A stretch of 60,627 nt of DNA from the NCBI GenBank assembly GCA_000320545.1, contig ADNK01000586.1, positions 1 to 60,627 on the forward strand. The letters run 5' to 3'. Numbering within the stretch: position 1 is the stretch's first letter; each line of letters begins with the position of its first letter. The notes under the pieces were generated by a model that worked only from the letters and a program-made list of their open reading frames with translations, ran no database searches and was not told the DNA's origin. This DNA is from Bigelowiella natans CCMP2755 (Eukaryota; Protista; Cercozoa). Positions 54,027 through 60,627 of the stretch are shown piece by piece. The translations under genes were made by a program, and so were the position numbers.

Positions 54027-54688
54027 TTAGAGAGCCTTTGCAATCACAGCAAAACCACCTTCTTCTTGGTTATCCAAGCGCATAGGGAGAGTGTTCTTGC
54101 CGTATGCTTCCGAAGTGTACCATTTTTCAAGCTCGGCCGCGTCCTTTCCTGCGAGTACAACTATGCGTCCGAAGGGTGCATTTCCTTCGATGACACAAGC
54201 CTTATCGGCCAAAGCAGCTGCTTCAATCGCGTATGAGCCAATAGTCTCCACAGCCTTTGGGAAGTATTCTTTGTTGAGCTTTTCAATGTCTTTGATGTTG
54301 TTGTGGAACACTAAGAAAGCTCCAGGCTTTATCTTCAAGTCCATGGCCTGATTTCGCATTCAATGTTAGTAGTCAGATCATTTCTTTTCGATATCATCTG
54401 GTTTACCTTAACGCAAATACAAAAGCCTTTTTTGGTATTGTTCAAGCGCTTAGCGCGGACTTCGTCCGAGTATTCCTTGGAATCATACCACGCCTTCGCT
54501 GCCTCTTCAGATTCGAACTTCAAAATCACGCAACGGGGATATGGAGACTTTCCCTCGATGCATTTGCAGTCAGCATCAGCCGAGAGAACATCAGCCTTGC
54601 CCTTTAAGGTTTCCAAAGCACCAGGCAGATACTCTTTATTGAGTTTCTCGAGATCTTCAATTTCGTTAAGAAAGACGAGAAGAGCCAT
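54027..54688 (-). CDS. Protein with two tandem DUF1330 (dimeric alpha-beta barrel) domains; one 59-nt intron at 54348-54406
   Basis: Exon 1 contains IEGKSPYPRCVILKFESEEAAKAWYDSKEY..VRAKR and exon 2 contains IEGNAPFGRIVVL...EKWYTSEAY...LPMR. A phase-0 GT-AG intron joins the two ORF-track ORFs in frame. Confidence 0.88.
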
Positions 54689-56023
54689 CGTTCACTCTAC
54701 AGATGGGGTTCAGATGTGTCAGCGTTCGATAACTCGAGATGAGTGCGATAATTAGAGGAGGTAATCCAGGTAATAGACGAGAATAACCGAGGAAATGAAC
54801 ACGAAAGACAGGATAAATCAGAGAAATATTGATTCAAATCGCCTTTCCGGACTGTTTATCAAATCATCTAGATCAATCAAAGATATTTTCATTATTATTA
54901 GTCTAGATCTACTGTAGATCTACATGTAGTTAACTACTGTTGGATATCTGTCTAGATCTACCGGTAGTAATACTGCCGCTTTTTGGTGGTTTTTTTGTGA
55001 ATTCTTTTGTCGCAGCCATGCATTTCTCCGGTAGGCGGTAGGCCGGTAGGTGCCACACTTTTAACTGTCGCCCAATTTGCCGTTTCCATGGTTCGCGAAA
55101 ATTCGTGAAAATTGGTCATCTTTGGTGATCATATCATTTTTACATGTCGCAAAAACCGAATGGGTTGAAAAATGTAACAAAAAAAAACAACGGTGGGAAC
55201 GGAACCAATTCAGCTTCCAGATGCCCGGAATCTCCGTAGGAATGGAACTCAAACTAGTCAAAGCGCGGCCAAGGTGTTGCGATCTCTTCATTCACTCATT
55301 CATCCATTCATCCAATGTCCCATGATACCATGATCCTTCAACTGCACCATTGGAATCGCATTGGATGAAGTCTTGCATGTGATGAGCAAACCATGTGGGT
55401 CTTTTGCTGCCCGCCGTGCAGCACGTGCATGCCAACAAGTGGACTTGACGACGATGATGGTGCAATGCAATGCCCGGTGTCAAATCGATGATGAAGACAC
55501 ACACACACACACCGCTGCATTGCACGTGTGTGGACCGAGTAACTGCACGATGAACTTCCAATTTGCATGCAAGTCAGCTAGTGCATGTCATTTCATCGAA
55601 GTTTCCACACAACAAGCCAGCAGGCAGGCTGGCAGGGAGGTGTCGACGCGTCACATCATGATGGCCATGCAGATTGATTCGACATGCTAGATGGAGTGCA
55701 ACAACCATGACGATTGAGTTGCGAGCACACCACCATGGTGGTCTGCATGTTGAAATTTATGTGTCATTGTGCATGTCTTGTAATTGTACACGTGTGTTTA
55801 GTCCATGAGCATGCACCGCGCCTAGCTGGGCGCTGGGCGCCGGTCAGCATGACGACTACACGATGACAGGAACTCAGCAATGATCAAATTTCTACATTTA
55901 TGCGCATCTGTCCATATCCGCGCCAAATTCGTTGCAGAGATACAATCCTTCTCACCAATGATCTCCAGCATGGTGCATTGGAACCACTTACATCGGGGTA
56001 CCTGCTCTTGATCCCCCCTCGCG

Positions 56024-57396
56024 CTATATACGGCTTCTAAAATCTATGGCGACTCCCATGGACTCGAATGCGCAGTCGTCAGTGCCTCTCTGTAGCAATT
56101 TTAGTTTTTAAAATAAGAAAGAATGATGACTATTGTATGCAGCGAATTCTCTTATGGCGAGGTTCTTGTTATTGCAGCTAATACTACAATGTCTGTGGAC
56201 CTTCATCTTGAAGTATCCGTCCTCTCCCCAAAATTCGCCCCAACTATTTTTCACGATCCAGTACTTGTTTCCTTGATCCGAGACACCCCTGAGAGCGTAA
56301 GAATAGATAACAACAGCGAGTGAGGAAAATTTGGTCGCGGGGGGAGGGGGAATGGGGATTGCTGCCTGTGGCTAGCTTCAAGCACAAAACGAATAAATAC
56401 ACCACACACTTACACATAAATAAACACATGTTTTATCTATCTGTATCTATATCGATCTAGTGTTGGCATCGGTGTTTTAGATGTGTTTACTCACCAGCCA
56501 ACGACCACGATCGCATGATTGGTTTTCTCCCAATTGTCGTCCTGTACACCATACAGAGCGCATGCGTCACCAGGGAATCACGTGGCAATTGTTGATACGT
56601 CGAAAACTATCCCACGCGTGCTACTTTGCAAGACGAACCCCGCCAAAAAATGAAAATGAAATTAAACAATGGAAGACTGGGCTTTGGGTCGGGTCATTGC
56701 ATCTCTCGATAAAAAATCTCGAATCTGCACGTTTCACGGCATGAAGGCGCTTTCACGATGATAGACCTTGTCAGGATGCCCTCCGGAAAACACGCCTGAG
56801 ATAAAACGGGATTCAGCCCGATACAAGTAGGGGGGGGGGAGGGGGGAGGGGGTTGGGGACAAGTCTTTGTATGCATAAAGAAGGATATGCTATCTCCACC
56901 TGCAAATACTATTTTAATGTCATACATCGCTTCAAGACTCACCTCGATGGTAAGAGAAGAGATTGGAAGGCGCATTGAATGCTGCTACAATGGGGCCGTT
57001 CTTGTAGATCTCCTCCTTCATTAGCTGTTCACTGACAAACGAAGAGTGTAGGGTGTGTGGGGGGGGAGGGGGAGGGTGGATGATTGGCCTCCATCTTATT
57101 TCGCATCTACTTCCCTCTGTTTCTAGCCGCGGTGTGTCACATGTTCGCTCCGTCAATGACACCAAGTTTCTGATAGCGCGCGCGCATGCATGCATGAATG
57201 TGTGTGTGTGTGTGTGTGTGCGTAGCAGAAGCTGATTTTCTCGCGCGGCGAGTGATTTGTCTTCATCTCTCATACTTGCATGCTCCGTAGTAGCCTCCCA
57301 GGTAGCGATAGCCGTCGATGAAGTGTCGAGGGCAGCTTCCCGAACCAGAACGATAGCATTCCTGTGGGGGGGGGGAGAAACACCAATAATTACAAG

Positions 57397-57427
<31 letters not shown>

Positions 57428-57895
57428 GCCTAGCGACGACGTGATGGGTTGAGTCGTCGACGGGTTCTATATGATGATAATGGTTGTTGTTGTTGCTGCT
57501 ACTGCTAGCTAAGTGGCCTCTACAGCAGGTGGAAAATATGTATGCACACATGATACGAGATGTGCGCGCGCTAGGTGTGCTAGGTCAATGTCGTGCTACC
57601 TCAGTTACCAAACCAAGATCTTGGCCTGCAAAAAAAAAAGAAGAAGATGATGAAAATGAAGAAGAAGAATAGCGGGAGAAAGAGCAACGAACAATTGATT
57701 TCGGAGCCTTCAGCAGCAGCAGGAGGAGGAGGAGGAGTAGGAGGCGTAAAAAAGGAAGAAGAAGAAAGAGTTGAAGAAGACTGAGTACAACAACAAAGGC
57801 ACGTCGCCAAACTCGCTCTCTCTCCTCTCCCGTGCCGTATGTATTTGAAGCGGCCAGCTGCAACAAGAGCAGCTTTTCCATGCTTTCTATCGTTT

Positions 57896-57957
<62 letters not shown>

Positions 57958-58073
57958 TGCTTGCCGACAAGGAATGGATATCCTCCAGCGCATCCCTGAA
58001 ATTTATCACTCTTCGTTATAACAATCATATCTAGCGCCCAACCCCTCCCCCCCCATTCTACACATGTATGTGG

Positions 58074-58113
<40 letters not shown>

Positions 58114-58125
58114 TGTATTTATGTG

Positions 58126-58163
<38 letters not shown>

Positions 58164-58504
58164 ACGTTTTACAGTGTATATGTTAACCGAATGAAACATT
58201 GAGAATGGGCGCTGTCGCTGACGTGCACTCTGACTACTACTACTACTACTACTACTACTACAACTACTACTATAACTACTACTATTCCTACCTGATTGTA
58301 AAAGCTTTGATTCAGCACGTCGTCCATCGAAAAGGCAACGTCCTTCCGCCCGGATTTTATCATGTACCTCATCGTAGCAACGTCCATGGCTGCGACGGCG
58401 TAGCAGCTTCCACATGCGCCCTGATTGCGCACTGGGGTTACGATCCCGCGTTCCCTCCAGTCGAAGCTGGTAGAATGAGAAAACCAAGGGGGGGGGGGAG
58501 CAGA

Positions 58505-58544
<40 letters not shown>

Positions 58545-58696
58545 GAGAGGAGGGAGAGAAAATAGTCTGTTATATTTTCATCTGACAAGCGTCAAAGGGA
58601 GAGGCTCCCTCGATCGCACTACGGGGAAACACCGTATTCAGAATTCGATGCCCTCTCCGTCTTCTTGCGGCTAGCGCGTATATGAATACGTACACA

Positions 58697-58740
<44 letters not shown>

Positions 58741-60460
58741 CGCGCGCCGCACGCGCGCGCGTGCACGAGTCCCAGGTCTATATTACCTTTCTGGCAGATC
58801 CAGATACTTTTCCATCATACGCACACGCTTTGAGAAGGAATCCTCCGCGCGCTGAGGAAAGGATGGCGATAGTAGCTGGTCAGCTGCATTTGTCCTCTTC
58901 TTCCCCCCTCTCCTACTGTTGATGCCGCTGCGCCCCGTCTCCGCCATCATCATTCCGAGGTCGAGCTCATCTTCGGCGTCTTCGTTAAAGTCGCCAAGGC
59001 GTCGTGGATGATGCCTCCGGACGCGAAACACCTGAGGAACGTTTGAGGGACTTTTATGATAATGATCGGTTACGACGGCCACGTGGAAGAGGAACGGCCA
59101 CGTGGAAGAGGAATTATATCTCAGGCAGTCGGTCGCCAGTAGCAGCAGCAGAGTCCTGCTACTTTTCACGCGGCGTTTGCCCTCTCCTTCCCTCTTCTCT
59201 TTCGCCCCCGTCACACGAACATTGCCTGGCTGCTACTTGTCTGTTGTTTTGCACATTTGCATGTATGGGAATGGCTGTGTACCTCGTGGCCGGACGATCC
59301 GAGCAGCTGCATCATCTCAGATACCCTTCGGTTTTGGAACCTGCCCAATGGATTATTCGTGGTGGAATGGTGGTGGGGGGGAGCATTAGAAGGACGTGGA
59401 GGGGGGGGGGAGGGGGGAGAACAACATGGACTGATTTTTTGGTATTTTCATCCAACAGCACACTGTGCTCCTAATCAGCAGCAGCGGCGGCGGCGACAAG
59501 ATGATCGCGCGATCGTTCTTCCTCGCCACCATCATCACTATCTCATCCTCCTCCTCCTCTTCCTCAGTATCAATACCTAGGATACGCCTTCGCGACCCAC
59601 GTAGAGGTTGGGTTCTTGTTGTGGTGCTCGATGAACGTCTCGTTGTGCGAAAACCTGGTGGACGGACAGCGGGACAAACACAAGGTGGTGCGATGTGGTG
59701 AGAGGAGGCGGAGGAGGAGTCGCGACGAAGTGATACATAATTTATTAATATGAATATTAATATTCTCTATCTCTGTCATTTACTGATTTTTAGCTAGTGC
59801 GACGGTCGGTCCGTAACTGCTACCACCTTGAATCTGGATCGATCTTCTCAGCCTCGACGAGGAAAACAGTGGGCGACACCACCTTTGTAGTATTGTCATC
59901 GAGCGGCAAGACAATAGAGGAAGAGGAGGGGGGGGCAAGGAGAGGGGGGAGCAAGGAAGGTAGAAAGGAAGAAAGAAGTAATCATCTACTTTGAGCATGT
60001 ATCGACGATGCATTATGTACATATCTCTTCCCCCCTTCCCCCTCCCCCCCCCCCCTCCCCTCTTATTCTCAATTACTGGATCTTCGCGGGGCCGCTCGTA
60101 GTGGTATTGCTGCTCCTGATGGGGAGGTGGGAAGGACGGTGAGGATGGTGGAGGCAACATAGATGATGGCGACGATAATGGTGCATGCTTTGATACCCCT
60201 GCTGTCTGGTTGGAGCGGTCCAATCCTGTAACTCGAAAGCAGGCCTATTTGTTGGTAGTTAGATATGTATTACATGGTCATGTATTCTATTGTGCGTGCG
60301 TGCGTGCGTATATGTGTGTTAATGTATATGAATGCATGGATCTTGTCTTCAATCACCCATTCATCTGCCCCCCCCTTCCTTGCTCGCACGTGGCTCCATC
60401 CTGTAAAAATTGATAAACACCAGTAAGGATAACAACCCTCACGATAACGACAACAATTAT
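56024..60460 (-). CDS. Cathepsin C (dipeptidyl peptidase I)-like papain-family cysteine protease; 5' end unresolved, may extend beyond the window
   Basis: Motifs are [24 protein letters not shown] (catalytic Cys followed by Y, as in cathepsin C), [52 protein letters not shown] (His), [19 protein letters not shown] (Asn) and [11 protein letters not shown]. Confidence 0.92.
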
Positions 60461-60627
60461 ATTGATGCACGGGGATATACCGTGCGCAAAAAAGCAACCA
60501 CAGGGACGGACCAGCAGAGGCCGTTATTTTGCAGTACGCAAGGCGCTAGCCCCCTCATACACACACACACCCGAGAGAGATAGAAAGAAAAAAAATATAA
60601 CGTGGGGTGAGGGTGGGGGGGGAGAGG

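Overview
Gene-dense, intron- and microsatellite-rich eukaryotic nuclear DNA. It is probably from a chlorarachniophyte-like alga with a secondary plastid, inferred from a bipartite signal+transit leader on PrxQ. Manual splicing gives nine genes: a bacterial-GstB-like glutathione S-transferase (-), an intronless poxvirus-VP39/kinetoplastid-type cap 2'-O-methyltransferase (+), an atypical 1-Cys peroxiredoxin Q (-), a DUS3-like tRNA-dihydrouridine synthase (+), a four-domain voltage-gated Nav/Cav-type channel (+), a giant HECT/UBA E3 ligase (-), a membrane-anchored cyclophilin-like protein (-), a double-DUF1330 protein (-) and a cathepsin C-like protease (-, 5' end unresolved). The strongest unexplained signal is compositional. 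Tracts of about 0.5-1.2 kb directly 3' of genes have lost almost every TpA dinucleotide, and most survivors are in CTAG, while introns and promoters keep TpA and long (TA)n. This suggests a targeted, context-specific TpA->CpA/TpG mutational or base-modification system, opposite in direction to fungal RIP. Other highlights are the unusual A/D/S/D selectivity filter of the channel and a TpA-retaining multi-hairpin island at about 52.5-52.86 kb. Exon boundaries and dinucleotide counts were done by eye and need computational confirmation.
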